In this document: piece by piece, positions 47,420-62,788 of the stretch | Layout: every line of letters starts with the position of its first letter | Position numbering within the stretch: the stretch's first letter is position 1 | Notes under the pieces: generated by a model | Database searches by the model: none | What the model was told of the DNA's origin: nothing | What the model saw: the letters and a program-made list of their open reading frames with translations, nothing else | Translations under genes and position numbers: made by a program | From: the human T2T-CHM13v2.0 reference genome, Homo sapiens | Length of the DNA stretch: 64,000 nt | Assembly: GCF_009914755.1 (NCBI RefSeq) | Contig: NC_060929.1 | Direction: 5' to 3' (one strand)

Positions 47420-48156
47420 GGACAAACCTGCTATCCCAAATGTAGAATCATCATGGTTCATTCTAAAATAAAAACCAGTTCCAATAGTTTTTTAAGGGTA
47501 AAAATACAGAGCAGTAACTGTGAACCAAATTTATAGAGGCTGCTCAGGAAGATCAGACCCTGGGGGCAATGTCGTCATCTCCCCATGCCCCCGTTTCCTC
47601 ACTTATGTCCCGTGTAAAGTTAATGCAGAATAAAAACAGTAAGAATGCCCTCTGCCCAAAGCTGGCTGTGATGGTCAATGTGACACTGAATGACAAGGAA
47701 TGGCAAACATTTCTCCTTGAGGAGAGATTTCATTTCTATGCAAATCAAAACTGGAGGGCTTAGAACCAAAAAGGCAGACCTATACTTTGGATGTTCACTC
47801 TACTCAAGGATAAGTCCAAATTCAAACCCTGTGCCACCACATACACATAGGCAGATAAAATTCAACGTTGGAGGGGCAATGGGGAAACCAGCAGCGTCTG
47901 TAAAAATTTCATTAATAATGATTTTTAAGAGGGGAGGGAAGTATTGGCAATATCGATCAAAATTTTAAATGTGCATTCTCGTTGACTTTAAAAATACCAC
48001 TTCTAGAGCTCTAGCTTATACTCACATCAGTGTAAGAGAACAGAATATGTGCTCCAATATCTTTGCTGCAGCATGGTTGTAAAGGGATAAAAAAATGAAA
48101 CAACCTAAAGTCCACTAATAGAGAAATTATTAAAGGAGTATCCATACCATTAGATA

Positions 48157-48873
48157 CAGTTATCCCTCAGTATCCTTGAGCACTCGTTCTTTTTTTTTTT
48201 TTTTTTTTTTTTTTGGTTCTTACTCTGTCGCATAGGCTGGAGTGCAGTGGCACGATCTTGGCTCACTGCAACCTCCACCTCCCGGGTTAAGTGATTCTCC
48301 CGTCTCAGCCTCCCTAGTAGCTGGGATTACAGGTGTACACCACTACACCCGGCTAATTTTTGTATTTTTAGTAGAGACGGGGTTTCACCATATTGGCCAG
48401 GCTGGTCTCAAACTCCTGACCTCAAGTGATCCGCCTGCCTTAGCCTCCCAAAGTGCTGGGATTACAAGCGTGAGCCACCAGCCCCAGCCCCAGGGCACTG
48501 GTTCTATGACCACCCACAGATACCAACATCTGCCAATGCTCAAGTCCCTTATATAAAATGGCATAGTATTTGCACATAACCTCCGCACATCCTCCCATAT
48601 ACTTTAAATCATCCTCCCATATACTTTAAATACTTTAAATATATATATTTAAAGTATGTTAATAATAAATATACTTTAAATAATTATATAAGATTGCTTA
48701 TAATACCTAATATAATACCCATACATCACTTCATGCAAGTGGATACGATGTAGTACTTGGTGTTGCAGCAAATTCAAATTTTGCTTTTCGCAACTTTATG
48801 GAATTTTTTTCTTCTGAATATTTCCTTAGTTGAATCCCTGGATATGGAACTCACGGATACAGAGTGCCAACTC
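48157..48873 (+). mobile_element. MER2/MER2B-type TcMar-Tigger MITE interrupted by an Alu
   Basis: cagttatccctcagtatcc start, atgctcaagtcccttatataaaatggc core, ggatacagagtgccaactc end; TA flanks. Confidence 0.85.
48190..48490 (-). mobile_element. Alu (AluS-like) nested in MER2
   Basis: T25 then reverse Alu; TSD gcactcgttct / gcactggttct. Confidence 0.95.
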
Positions 48874-49202
48874 TATTTTCGCTATTAAAAAGAATAAAGC
48901 AAACATCTTATACGTGATTAAAGAAGACATGTCAAAAAGAGCCAGCTGGATGGGGCTTTCAATGCCAATATTTGGGACAATTTAAATATCAGTGAGAATA
49001 ATGAAGAAATCACATCAGTGCTGCCTCTTTGAGGGGAAGGAGGGTCAGGGAATGGCTGAAAAAGGTTCAAAGGAAACCTTTTGTGGTTTAGGGTGGGCAT
49101 TACATGGGCATATACATGTGTCAAAACTAACCAAATTGTGTATTTAATATCCATATACCTCAATATAAAATATTCTTAATTTTTTTTTAAAAATTATAAT
49201 AT

Positions 49203-49503
49203 GGCCAGGTATGGTGGCTCACACCTATAATCCCAACATTTTGGGAGGCCAAGGCAGGCAGATTGCTTGAGCCCAGGAGTTCAAGACCAGCCTGGGCAAC
49301 ATGGCAAAACCCTATCTCTACAAGATACAAAAATCAGCCAGGCATGGTGGTGCATGCCTATAGTCCCAGCTACTAGTGAGGTTGAGGTGGGAGAACTGCT
49401 TGAGCCTGGGAGGTCGAGCCTACAGTGTGCCATGAGTGTACCACTGTACTCCAATCTGGGAGACGAAGTGAGACCCTGTCTCAAAAAAAAAAATTAAAAA
49501 AAA
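49203..49503 (+). mobile_element. Alu (AluJ-like)
   Basis: Dimeric Alu with A tail. Confidence 0.92.
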
Positions 49504-49678
49504 TAATTCATGCGCCCATATGGATACTAAAAAAGTGTAAGAAGGTCTCTTATATCCAAAAAAAAATGCCTGTAAAAGGAATGACGGAATTAGAAAAACA
49601 CCATTTCTGCAATACCACCAATGTAATAACTGATTGAACAAAGATCACCAATGGATGCTAAAATCGAAAGTTGTTAAA

Positions 49679-49970
<292 letters not shown>

Positions 49971-50973
49971 GTTGTTGGATGGGGAAAGAGTCACAATTCT
50001 CAAAGAATCACCCAACAGATTACATACTATTTACATGGAGGGAAAATATCCTCAAATAGAGAGATCTGATAGACAACACCTTAAACAAGGGACCAAATTT
50101 ACCACCACCCATAAGAGGACAAACTTATATTCCTGATTGTGATTTAATTGAAAAGACACAGTATCTCCTAAGTACAATTCTTCCTAAAATATTAATATAT
50201 AACCTGAATCTTACGGTGAGGAAACGATCAGACAACTCTATGTTTGCAACATTCTATAGGACGGCTGGCCTGGATTTTCAAAATTGTTAATATTATGGAA
50301 GACAAAAAAAGGTAGGGAGACAGTTCTAGATTAGAGAGATTTATAGACAAGGCAACTAAATGCCGTGCATAAACCATAATTAGATTATGGCTCTAAAAGA
50401 AATAGCCGTAAATGACTTTTGGGGGACTAGTAAGAAAATATGACTATCCACTATATGTTAGATAATATTCCTAGATCAATATTAAATTTCATTGGTATGA
50501 TAATTGGTTTTATGGCTAGAAAAGAGAATTTCCTCGTTCTTAAGAGATACATGCTAAAATATTTAGGGGTGAAGTGTCATAATGTCTGCAATTTACTGTC
50601 AAATGATTAAGCAAAATGAAAGATTAAGTCTAGAGAGATAAAGTAAATGAAGCAAAATGTTAATGGTGAGTTTAGGTAAAGACTACATGAATGTTCATTC
50701 TTTCAAACCTACAGTAGGTTTTTAATTTTTCAGAATAAGCAGTGTAAGAGAGAAGAAAAGAAATTCTAAGGAAAAAAACTACAACAAAATTTATAGGATG
50801 GCAGAAAGTTGAAATGAAAGCTTTATCTGCCAGGAGGAAAAAAGGACTCCAATTTTTCTTAACCTAAGTACATTTTTTTTGTGCAAATATGTTAATGTGC
50901 TTTTCCCCTAAAACACTTGGCCCTGTTTTCTAATTATATACTTAAGTCAGGCTGGACATAACTTGAATTTGGC

Positions 50974-51045
50974 AAGGAAAGGAAAGGGAAGGGGAAAGGG
51001 GAAGGGAAAGGGAAAGGAAGGGAAGGGAGCAGAAAAGGAAAGGAG
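50974..51045. repeat. Polypurine (GGAAA/GGGAA)n tract
   Basis: Read directly. Confidence 0.9.
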
Positions 51046-52189
51046 TAGTATGTATGTATAGTTTGCTCCTATTTCTATATCAAATAACCTATATGTGTAC
51101 AAACATAAGCACATACACCATAGAAATCCCTGTCTAGTTCATTTTTTATTAGGAACTCTTATCGAGCTATGTCCCTCATCCTCACAGCATTGTTTGAACG
51201 ACTATGTTTCTTCCACTAGCCCTTAAGATCCATGAGAGACCTTGTCTTATTTGCTGGCACATAACACAAACTCAAATATTTTTTAAGTGAATGAATGGAA
51301 AATGAGTTCAGAATAAGCATGGAAGGAGATGTGTGGAAGCTGCCCAGGCTGGAGCAGAGAGCAGGGCTGGGGAACAAGGGGTTGGAATCTTAGTGGGTAA
51401 GGCAGAGTCAAAGGCAGATAGTCTGCCTTTGCCAGGTTAGGTGATGGGCAGCCACAACCCCATTCTGCCTTGTATGTGGTTGGTTAGCCACACCTCTTTC
51501 TACTTCCCTTTATAGACTGTGAGCCTATGCAGAGTGAGAAGTGTACCAGCTCTGTCTCTGCACGCCATCTCCCAATGCTGCCTAGCACAACACAAGGTAA
51601 CTGATTGGCAAAGCTTAGCTGAAGAATGAACTACAAGTCCTTAAGCGGGTAGCATTTATTGATCACATTCTTCCCCATCAACCAGCTTAATTTTTGTTAT
51701 AAAAACAAAAAAGCAAGCTGAATCTACCAAAGTCGATATTTAACCTTATCTTTATTTTTGGCTTCACTTGTGTAACTAGTTCCACTTAGTCACACTGTTT
51801 ATCTACTCAGCTATGAAAGCCACAGCATTCGGCAACAACAGTGACCTTCTCAGCAGCTAGAGAAGGCCACATATTTTTTTCATTCAGACTTCATGCTTGA
51901 AAAATAAACAAGCAAATAAACTTCCAACTTGCTTTAGCTTTCAATGTACCCAAAATGGTTCCCAATAACCCTTCCCACCAAGGGACTCTCCATAAACATC
52001 GCCTCCCCAAATTCTCAAGATAACCCAATGATTAAATACTCTTAAGCCCTATTAAATGACTTGCCCAAGTCCCAGAACTAAAAAGAAGCAGAGCCAGCTC
52101 TGCTTGGTTACATACAAAACCAACTTCAGTGCTTATGCTCTAAATCCATTATTCTTAGCTGACTCTCAAATGTCTAATAGGTCTAATAG

Positions 52190-52400
52190 CAGGGGGGTTG
52201 CAAACTGCTGCCCACAGGCCAAATCCAGCCTGCCACCTGTTTTGGTAAATAAAATTATGTTGGAAGGCAGCCACACTCATCGTTTACATATTGTCTATGG
52301 CTGCTTTCACATTACAGTAGCAGAGTTGAGAAGCCACGACAACATAAAGCCTAAAATATTTACTATCTGGCCCTTCCTAGAAAAAGTTTGTCAACCCCTG
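52190..52400. mobile_element. MER58A-type hAT MITE
   Basis: TIRs caggggggttgcaaact ... agtttgtcaacccctg; aagcctaaaatatttactatctggccct. Confidence 0.85.
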
Positions 52401-53252
52401 GTCTATAAAATCTAAGCAGAGACTATAGATTCAATCATAGGATAGGGTGATATCTACTTAGCTACTACTTTTTGTGATGAAATAATCAGCTGCTCATAGG
52501 TACACTTAGGGTTTCACTTTTTAAACAAAGAAATAGCCCCATTTCCTCACTGATTAATGTCCTAGAACCAATTTCTTGCATGCTACAAGACTGTCAAGTG
52601 GAAAGGAGTTGGAGAAAATCAGATTCCATAGCTCCCAGCTCACCACACTTCAGATGTAAGCACAGGTCTTGGCCAGAGAATACCAGATGAATCCAGACCT
52701 TCCACTCCAACACTCTGGACAGACAGGCAGCCAAGCTAGGCTGGACTTGCACACCCCAAGGAAAATGAGGAGTCCTGGGGTACTTTCCCTGCTTTCAAAA
52801 TGTGTTTTGAAGATCAAGAAGCACTCCAGTTAAAAAGGCAGGGCACTGACTTGGCAAGGGGAGAAGTTCAATTGGGAGCAATTCTCAGCAAAACATAGGA
52901 AGAAGAGAAAGACGCTAATTTTGACAATATCAGGGAAAAAAAACTAGGTTCCTATACATGGACCTGAATTGTTACTCAATCTGAGAAGGACTAACTTTAT
53001 TAATAACAACAAGCACAGTGCTAGGCATTTTACACATATGATCTCATTTAATCCACCAACAATCTCTGTGAAGTAGGTGTCACTGCTCACATTTTACAGA
53101 TGAGGAAACAGCCTGAGAGAGGTTAGCAAGCTGTACAAGGTCACACTGCCAGGAAGAATAGATCTGATGTGAATTCACCTCTAACTCCAAAAACCCATGC
53201 TCAAACATTATGCAATTTGCATCTCAGAGACACAATTAATTTTAAAAACCTA

Positions 53253-53589
<337 letters not shown>

Positions 53590-53857
53590 CTAACTTCCTA
53601 AACCTATAATCCTAATTACAATCCTCCACGCCCTCCTGGGACACCTCCCCTAGGTCTCCTATTCCTTTCCCAGGGATTGAGGCAATACCATTTACCAAAT
53701 CTCCTGCCATGCTTTTAAATCAAGAAGATAGTGCTTCTAGACAAAAGAATGATTCTGTTGGATTCCTGTTTTTGTTTCTTAAATGAAAGCTTAACAAGAC
53801 TTGTGTTAAGCATACTCTCACCTCATTGCCACACACAACTCCAGGGACAACTGGGAG

Positions 53858-54056
53858 CAGTGGTGTGCGGCAATTGGAGCTCACTGTGCACGTCTCTTCC
53901 TAACTCCACGTTTAGTGACATTACACTGGTAGTTGAAGTCAGCCTTGATGAAAATATTTACACCATGGAAATCAGCAAATGAATCAACAGATGAATCAGG
54001 GCTTTTAGAATGTTTTTTAGCGAGCCAGTTGTTAAACATTTACCAGCACACCACTG
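53858..54056. mobile_element. MER63A-type hAT MITE
   Basis: TIRs cagtggtgtgc ... gcacaccactg; tatttacaccatggaaatc core. Confidence 0.8.
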
Positions 54057-55819
54057 GCTGAGCGATGTCCTGGTCTGAAGTCTCCCTAGAAACCTACCCA
54101 GTTGAATTCTTCTTTCTGACCATACCATCACCATTTCACACAACACTTAAAAGCTCTTTCTTGTAGTTGCTTCATTTCAGATTCACAAGGACCCTGTGAA
54201 ACTGCTAGTCATTTGCAAAAGGAGAAAGTAAGGCAGAGAGAGACGAAGTCATTTGCCTGACATTACCCAACAAATTAGTGAGAAGACAGCAATTAGAACC
54301 ACTGATTTCAATCCACACTTTCACAGCACACTGCACATTTCATTCATACCACATCTCTCATTTTATAGCTATATATTTGTGCATATATTTGATAAAATAT
54401 CTCTCCTCTATGTGAATATAAGTTCTGCAAAGGCAGGTATCTTGTTTTGATCTGTTTGCCAATGTCTCTCCTGTGACTAATACGCTACCTGCCACACAGA
54501 GAAATATTTCTTAATAGGATGAATAAATTAATAAAAGCATGAATGAATGTATGTATGGTTCTCTTCCTACAGCAGCACACTGCCAGATATCTGACTTCAG
54601 ATAACCAAAAATGATGAAAAAATTAAAACGGTAACATCACTTGGCCTGGAAATTGTTCTTCAGCTTTCTATTACTACCTACAGCCAGTAAAAAAGACTTT
54701 CACTATGAGTCCACAAAGAATAAGAAAAGGACTGAAGCACAATGGTTTGATAGAAACGTCTACAAGCTGAGAGACGTCAGTGGTACTAATCCTAACCATG
54801 AGTGCAGGATGACATACGGATGGAGAATGTCTGCCAGTCAATATGGTAGACTGAGCTGCTCTGGAAGGAATCTTTCCCTGTAGCTCCAAACACGTGAGCA
54901 TGATGTATTACAGAAAAAATAAAGATTTGAGCCATACGCAAAAGCAAGAAGAAAATGCCTGAGTGTTTTAAATAAGAAGGAATTCAATCCGGGCAGCTGA
55001 GTGGAAATTGAAGCCAAAATGGCTCACAGAGACAATTCAGATATGGGCTTTAATTGAGGACTGGTGTCCCATTGGGTAGGGTGCCTAGGCCACAGGCTCC
55101 TGTGGACAGATTTGCTCCAGCTGTAAAACTAAGACTAGATGAACTCTGCCCATGTGCTATGAGTAAGGGGAAGGAAGCTCGCCATCTCCTGTGGGCTGAG
55201 GAACGCAGTGGCGTGGGAGGCAAGGGAGAAGGGAAAGACAGGGAGTAAAATCTACATCTTCAAGAAACCCAAACCCTAGACTCATGCCACATAAAAATTG
55301 AGAGTTTGAACTGACATCACCCAGGTGGTATGGGAAATATCTAAGACAATATCTAATACAAAAACTGTTTCCTAAACCAGTAAACCTGCCCTACAGGGTC
55401 CACAGCCCAGGGCAACCTAGATTCCCAGGATATGACATCCTCTGAACATGAAGTCACAATCAAAAATTATAATTCATTTTGGAAATGAATTACCAAAAGA
55501 CATATCAAAGATGCAAAAAATAGTAGAATATCTGGGACAACCAATGAAAGGTGGCTTAAAGACTCTACTCTATAATGTGTTCCTAAGGATACTAGATGCA
55601 GGAGATATTCTGTAGTAAAGGGGCTCAGGGGCCAAATGAGCCTAAGAAACACATCATACTGTATCCTCAAATATCCCTTAAAGGTTCACAAAGCTCATTA
55701 CCATATAAAAGCTCTGACAACTCCTGTAGTAAAGAAACCTGGTTACTTTGTTCAGCCAGTGTCTCCTAAATGTATCTGACCTGAGAATGCTTAAAACAAA
55801 CAAACAAACAAAAAAACCT

Positions 55820-56181
<362 letters not shown>

Positions 56182-58116
56182 TTAAGCAAATACTGACCTG
56201 AAGAAGAAAGCTCTCACTCCTTAAATCTCTTCACAGACTCCTACCCCACTCCCAGCCTCATTTCCCACCATTCTCCACGGTCCTTGATTCTTATCACAGA
56301 GTTTACTTTTCTCCCCAGGTACGAGCTATTCCAAACTTCCAAGTCTTTAGTAGGAATAGTCCTACTATTCCTCCAACCTAAATGGCTTTCCAAAATTCTA
56401 CCCTCATTCACCAAAGTTTAACTCAAAGACTCTCTTTTCCATGATGTCTTTCCTATACAACAACCTGGAATAAAATATTCCAGGTACTTTCCTTGAACTA
56501 TAATTATAAGCAATTATTTCTCTTGGCCACGTACTATGGACACATGTTTTCAGTCCGTCTGCCCACCAGTCTATGAGCCCCTGAATAGAAATGACTACCT
56601 GTCACTCATCTCTGTACCCCTCATCAGGGTGGGGGTGCATTCATAAAGAGTGGGGCTTGGGAGGCAGACACACACAGCTTCACATCATGGAGCTATCTAC
56701 GGTTAATGAGCTGTGTCACCTCTCTGAACCTTAGTTTCTTCGTCTGCAAAATGAAGACAATAATCTCTGCCTTGCAACTTGTTGTGAGGATTAGAAATGA
56801 TGTTCTCTGAATGTCATGCTGGACAGGAAAAAATCAGACACAAAAGCACACACGCACCACTGTTCAATTTATATAAGCTTCCAAAATGGGTAAAACTCAC
56901 CTAAGGTGTGAGAAGCCAAGAAGGTAGGTGCCCTTCCCAGGGTAGGGAGTAGTAACTGGAAGGGGGTTCTGGGGTTTGTTTCTTGACCTGGGTGCTAGTT
57001 ATGTGGGTGTTTTACTTCGTAAAAAGTTTAGTTGTATACTTGATTTGTTTACTTCTCCATGAACTTACTTCAATACAAACTTCCTGTTTAAAAAAAAAAT
57101 GATGAGTGAAACATACCTGGAGAACACTGGTTGGTCATGGTAGATTTGGGGGCACGGTGCTGTCATATTCTGTGCATGGGTAGTTATTGAATTCCACCAT
57201 CCAAAGGAGAACAGTAAAAAGAGTAACGCCAAGGTAGGGCGTTAACAGATCACTGTTGTTGGCAAGCTGAGAAGCTGGCAACTCTGATAACCTCAGAGTA
57301 AGGCAGGGCTGCCAACAGCTCGGCCTAGGCAGCAGGGTACACCTGCTCAGTCACCTGGCAATGCCTCGGCAGCAATCATGCAAGCCCAGCCCACCGGCCA
57401 AGGCTCTCCAGCCTGCCTCCCACAGCCTGCCTCCCACAACCACCTTGCTGGAAAGGCAAGGAATTCAGACAGAAGGGCATGGAACACCAATGATCCTGGG
57501 AGACAAGGGCCCAGTCCCTCCCAAGAAATAAGATATCAAAATTTGGTCTCTAAAATGCAGTTTAAGGAGACAACAGCGCATTTTAAAATGTGATAATGCA
57601 AAGAGAAGTAACCTATAGTTCTTATTCCAGAACATACTTAACACTAATTTTTTAAAAAGACTTAATAAATTTCTTCCTGACCGGTATCTAAAATGCAGGC
57701 CATTTCCCTGTTAAGACTCACTCAGAGGTGTCTCTGAAAAGCCTCAATAGTGTTTCATAAGAAGGCAAGAGATCTTGAGATGGAGACATATATTTACCAG
57801 CTAGGAAAGCCAAAATTCAAAGAAGTCCAGTAACTTGCTAGGTCCCACAGCAATTCAACAGCAAAACTGCACTCGAACTCAGGAGTCATATCTCTTTCCT
57901 TAGAGTGGGTTTGTCCCAGAAGGTTGTTTATTCTGCCCCTGGGTCACTGGGTCACTGAGGATGTTCATGGCCAGAGCTGAACTTTGTGTCTCAAGGGGAA
58001 ATACAATAAACATGCCGTCAGCTCACAGGCTTAGCCCTAACCCCTCAACACCCACCATGTGGAAGAATCAGATGCCTGGCTTTAATCTTCTTGTCTCTAT
58101 CCTCAGGGTAGTGGAG

Positions 58117-58556
58117 TGTATGATAGATGCACCTGACAGCAATAACTTAAGCATACCCTGAGAATGACTCTACGGTCTAAGAAGAATGTGTGTTCAGTGT
58201 TCCAAGCTAAGGAATCAAGAACCTGGAGATTCATTCCTTATCTATGAGGAACATCTGAACCCCAGCCCATCCTGGGAAATGCAGGCCATATAGGGGATTG
58301 AGGTCCTTTGTTTTGTGTTAAATGAAGGTTGCCAGGTGAAGGTCACCAGCAGGAGGGTGTTAAGTGAAAATGCAATATAAACTGCATGCATTTTACAAGC
58401 AGTTGCAATTTCCTGTCCAGCCTGCCACCACTGGACAGCCCTGTACGTAAGTGCCCTCAATAAACCCTATGTCTTGTTCGCTGCCTCCGGGCCTCTTCTT
58501 CAACCTCTTGAACATGATGCCATCCCTATTGAAGTTAATAGGGGTCTGGCATGACA
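58117..58556 (+). mobile_element. Solo ERV LTR (resembles the LTR47 family; family call tentative)
   Basis: TG..CA termini, TATAAA at 58376-81, AATAAA at 58459-64; gcacctgacagcaataacttaagcataccctgagaatgac. Confidence 0.75.
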
Positions 58557-61500
58557 TGAGGAAGGGGAAGGTCCTACACAATGAACTAGTGATTTTGTGT
58601 GACTCCCATCACATCCATTTGACCTCTCTCAATAACAAGAATTCTAAAATAAAAACCACATGAAGGAAAAACAAGAGCAAAAATGGCAAGGATTCATGCC
58701 CTCCCCTACCCTCTAATTCCCCTATCTGTCCTTACTCTCTAGAAAACTGTTAAAATTATTCCCATAACCTCAGCTGGCTCAGTGCAAACTCCAGCCCCAG
58801 TGTACCTCAATCCCTTGGGGGACATCTGCTGAGTCCTTCCGTGGCACCTCCTGGGGCACTGAGTCAGGTACTGCATGTGATACAAAGATGACTAAGGTAC
58901 CCTCACAGCCCTCAAGGCATCTGAGGGCAGTAGAGGAGATAAGGAATGGGCAAAAGCAAGTGATGCTGGAAGAAGAACAGTCTCTGAGCTCTGGGAGGGG
59001 CCCAGGCAGGGCTGGGGACACTGGGGAGCATGAGGTCACAACCACTCTCTGACCCTGCTAGGCACTGGGGCCCCAGGTCATGCCAACAACCCAGACCAAC
59101 ATGGGCACTGGGAAGACTCCCCCTTAGGAAAGGCTCCAGTCAACAGTTATGACTACTACTAGGAGCAGTACTAGTAGTAATAACCATAATAATAGCAGCA
59201 ATAACAACAGTATCTTACAGTAATGAACACTTCTTATATTCTAAGCTTTTTTCATATATCATCCCATTTAATCCTCATAGCAACCTTACAAGGTAGATAC
59301 TATACTACCATTACTCACCTTTTACAGATGAGAAAACTGAGCCATAGGGAGGTTCTTTTATTCGTCCTTTCAACAGCTATTTTTTTAGTGTCTACCATGA
59401 ACCTGATACCACTCCAGCAGCGACAAGCAGACAGACAAAATTCCTGTCTATCTACTTGTATACGGTACATACATTCTTGTGGGAGATAAATAACTTGCCC
59501 AGGGTTCTCAGCTTGTTTAAGTAGGGAAGTCAAAATTCAAACTGAGCCCCTCTGACTGTAGAAGTTATACTTGCAAACTTACAAGATGAAAGCTGCCTGT
59601 TACTTACACTCATCATTAATAGTAAAATATTACATTTCCTCTATTTTAAGGCGTATGTGTTTTTTACATGTTAATGTCTGAAATCTGGCTTCATTTTATA
59701 ATATATGTTCAAAGAAATCTGTGGGCTGCATGCAGAGTAAGTCATAATTGCCGTTATGCTGTTAAGTGTGGATTTAGTGGAACACCAGTTACTTGATTAC
59801 CAACCCAGTTGGGTTTTCTGCAACTGTTAACATTATATGCAGTTGAATTTTAACTTAAGATCCCTAATATTACTTCAAATACATTTTAAAATTCCACTAT
59901 AAAACAGTATTGAAAGGAAAGGTTATTATGCATGCAAGAGATTGCTTATCACACACAATGTAATTAAAGGGCGTAGAAATCACTAAATCTCCTGGAGCAG
60001 ACACAGAATTTTCAAAGCCTAAAGGACTAGCATTAAAATGAAAAACATCTAATTGTCAGAAGCTTCCAGCTATTTAACTTCCAGCAAGACATGATCAATT
60101 ATGGAGAAATAAAACTATGAGGTTAGCCAAAGAGAAAATGTAGACCAAGCCCCACTATTCTTTAATAAACCTCAAAATTACACTGCCAACCTTAAAGGTA
60201 CTAAAGGGATCAAGATCATGAGTAATCTGCTTTATGAAAAGCAGCACATAATTCTGAAGTTACATATAAGTTCCAAGAAGCAAATATGAAATAGAACTTC
60301 GTTAATGTGAAAAATACCTATACTCCAAACTCTGGCTATACAGAAAGAGCAACTCATATGTAAGTATATGAATTATTGAGCAACACTGCAAACAATTTTT
60401 AAGTGTATACATTTTAAGTGTATACATTAAGTGAAAAAAGTCATGTTTGTTTCTGGAAAGATATAATTAACTCAATGGCATATTTTACCATTATCAATGG
60501 CAAAATTGGTGCCATTATCATTATTAATGGTGCTTAAAAACAGATGATTGTGACAATTACAATGACAACTGCCATTTATTGAGTGCCTGCCAAACACTAT
60601 ATTTGGCGTTTTATATCCATTATCTCTAAGCCTCATGACAACTCTATAGAGGAGGGACTCAGAATTCCCATTTTAAATTTAAGGAAACTAAGGTTCAAAG
60701 AGACTAGTGACTTCTCAAGGTCATACAGCCAGAAAGCAGAGACTAGAACCAGGTTTGCCTGCGTCCAGAGCCCAAGTGGTTTCCAGGGCACTATAATGCC
60801 TCTCCCTATTAACAATCCACCCCTACTCCCCGCCAGACACAGCAAGCACAGATTAGCCTTCACATGCAGAAAACTTTCTATGATCTCAAGAGCAAGATGG
60901 GCCAGCATGAATTCAAAGTAACAGAGTCCCCCAACTCTCAACCCACATATCCCAAGATTATTCAAATCCTGCTGTTTATATGAGTGCTTCCATTTTCTCA
61001 CTCTACACTTAGAACATGCTCAGGGGGGCCCCAAATTGACCAACTGTCTCAACATTCACATAGCCAATCAACTGACTGGTTCATCCCTTCCAATTGTGCC
61101 AATTTGACAGCATAATCCAGAACAGACAGTAAACGTGCTTGGTAAGAAGGAAGGGCATCCTCTCAGTTTCTGACTTTAAGGCAGGAAGGGTCCTATGCAC
61201 ACACACGCATTCAAGGAAGCCAAGGCCTCCCTGAGCCTAAGGGAGAGTCCAGTATATTGTGCCAGTCACCTTCTGGGAATCCATTGCTAATTTCAGGGAA
61301 GCCCACAGTTTTAACAAATGACTTTTTTATTTTAAGAAATGTTTTTCTTCTTGATCAAACTTTTCCAGGATGGCAGGCAGGGGTTTGTGAATTTTACCCC
61401 ATTCTCTGGACGTGTGAATACAATTTCATCTCAGATATAAAATCCTTTTCAATGTTTGTCCTGAAGTATTCCCTCAAGGAAGAGCCTCAAGCTTGGATGC

Positions 61501-62298
61501 AAAGAGTGAACTAAGACATTCAAAAAACATTTATTGAGCATCTCTGAAGATACAGAAAGGAATAAGATGTAGTCCCTAACATCAAGGAACTCAGCTGAAT
61601 GTGGGAGGAGGATCAGCTCAGAACTAAATATGTACAATGAAAAGGAGAACAAGGTGAGTGTTATCCTGAAACACAGAGAAGGAAGGGATTAATTCCAGGT
61701 GCAGGGTAAATAATAAACTGGGCTAATACTGATTGAACACCTACTAGGTACCAAGGACTATACCATGCATTTTACATATATTATCCCAATTAATTGCCCT
61801 ATGGAATATGTTCTAATACTATTATCCTCACTTTACAAAATGAGGAAACACAGGAGAGGCAAAGTACCTCACCCAAGGTCACATAACTAATTTGTAAATA
61901 CTGGAGCTGAGATTTGGACCTGCTGGCCAACACTGAAGCTTATGCTATTTTCACTATAGTAGACTATATCTACTGGCATAAAGAAATTTTTACTGGTAGA
62001 AGAGGAATCTGAATTTGCTTCCTCTTCTGTAATGCAGGGACAATAGTAATGTCTGCTTCACAGGGGTATGGTAGAGGTGGAATGAGCCCAAGAACATAAA
62101 GCACTTAGCATAGTGTTTGGCAAACTGTAAGTGTTCAGTAAATAGTGGCAGCTTTGTCATCATGATCATCACTGTTATTTCTTCTCTAAAGAGTCTAGAA
62201 TGTAGCAGTCATGAGCCAGAAAGCCTTTTTATAATTTTTATTTTTAAAGGGATTAAAAAAAAAAGCTGTTGTTTTTCTCTGAAAGAAAAGAAAAGATT

Positions 62299-62604
<306 letters not shown>

Positions 62605-62678
62605 TCACCAAACCACAAGTCCTTCCCATGACCACCTGACGAGTGAGGTTCCCGTTTCCCCAGTGAGCCATGTCATAC

Positions 62679-62788
62679 CTTCTCTTCTGAAGAAACGGTC
62701 AGCTTGTCGCTGGATATCAAGCTGCACACCTGGTCCAGACTCAGGCTAAGAAATTCTTCTCCTAGCATCACCTCTGGAAAGTGCTGCT
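62679..62788 (-). CDS. KLHL3: KLHL3 coding exon (about exon 6), BACK domain: (E)[36 protein letters not shown]
   Basis: Manual translation matches the KLHL3 BACK region; acceptor T14-ggaacAG (ct at 62789-90), donor AAG|GTATGA (ac at 62677-78); 110 nt. Confidence 0.95.

Noticed and set aside
48242-48556. Many 60-120 aa ORFs with motifs such as [10 protein letters not shown] or FLVETGFHH
   Set aside because: Standard Alu-derived translations
59620-60545. Possible Tc2/Kanga/MER104-type DNA transposon relic
   Set aside because: Resemblance too degenerate to call family or boundaries by eye
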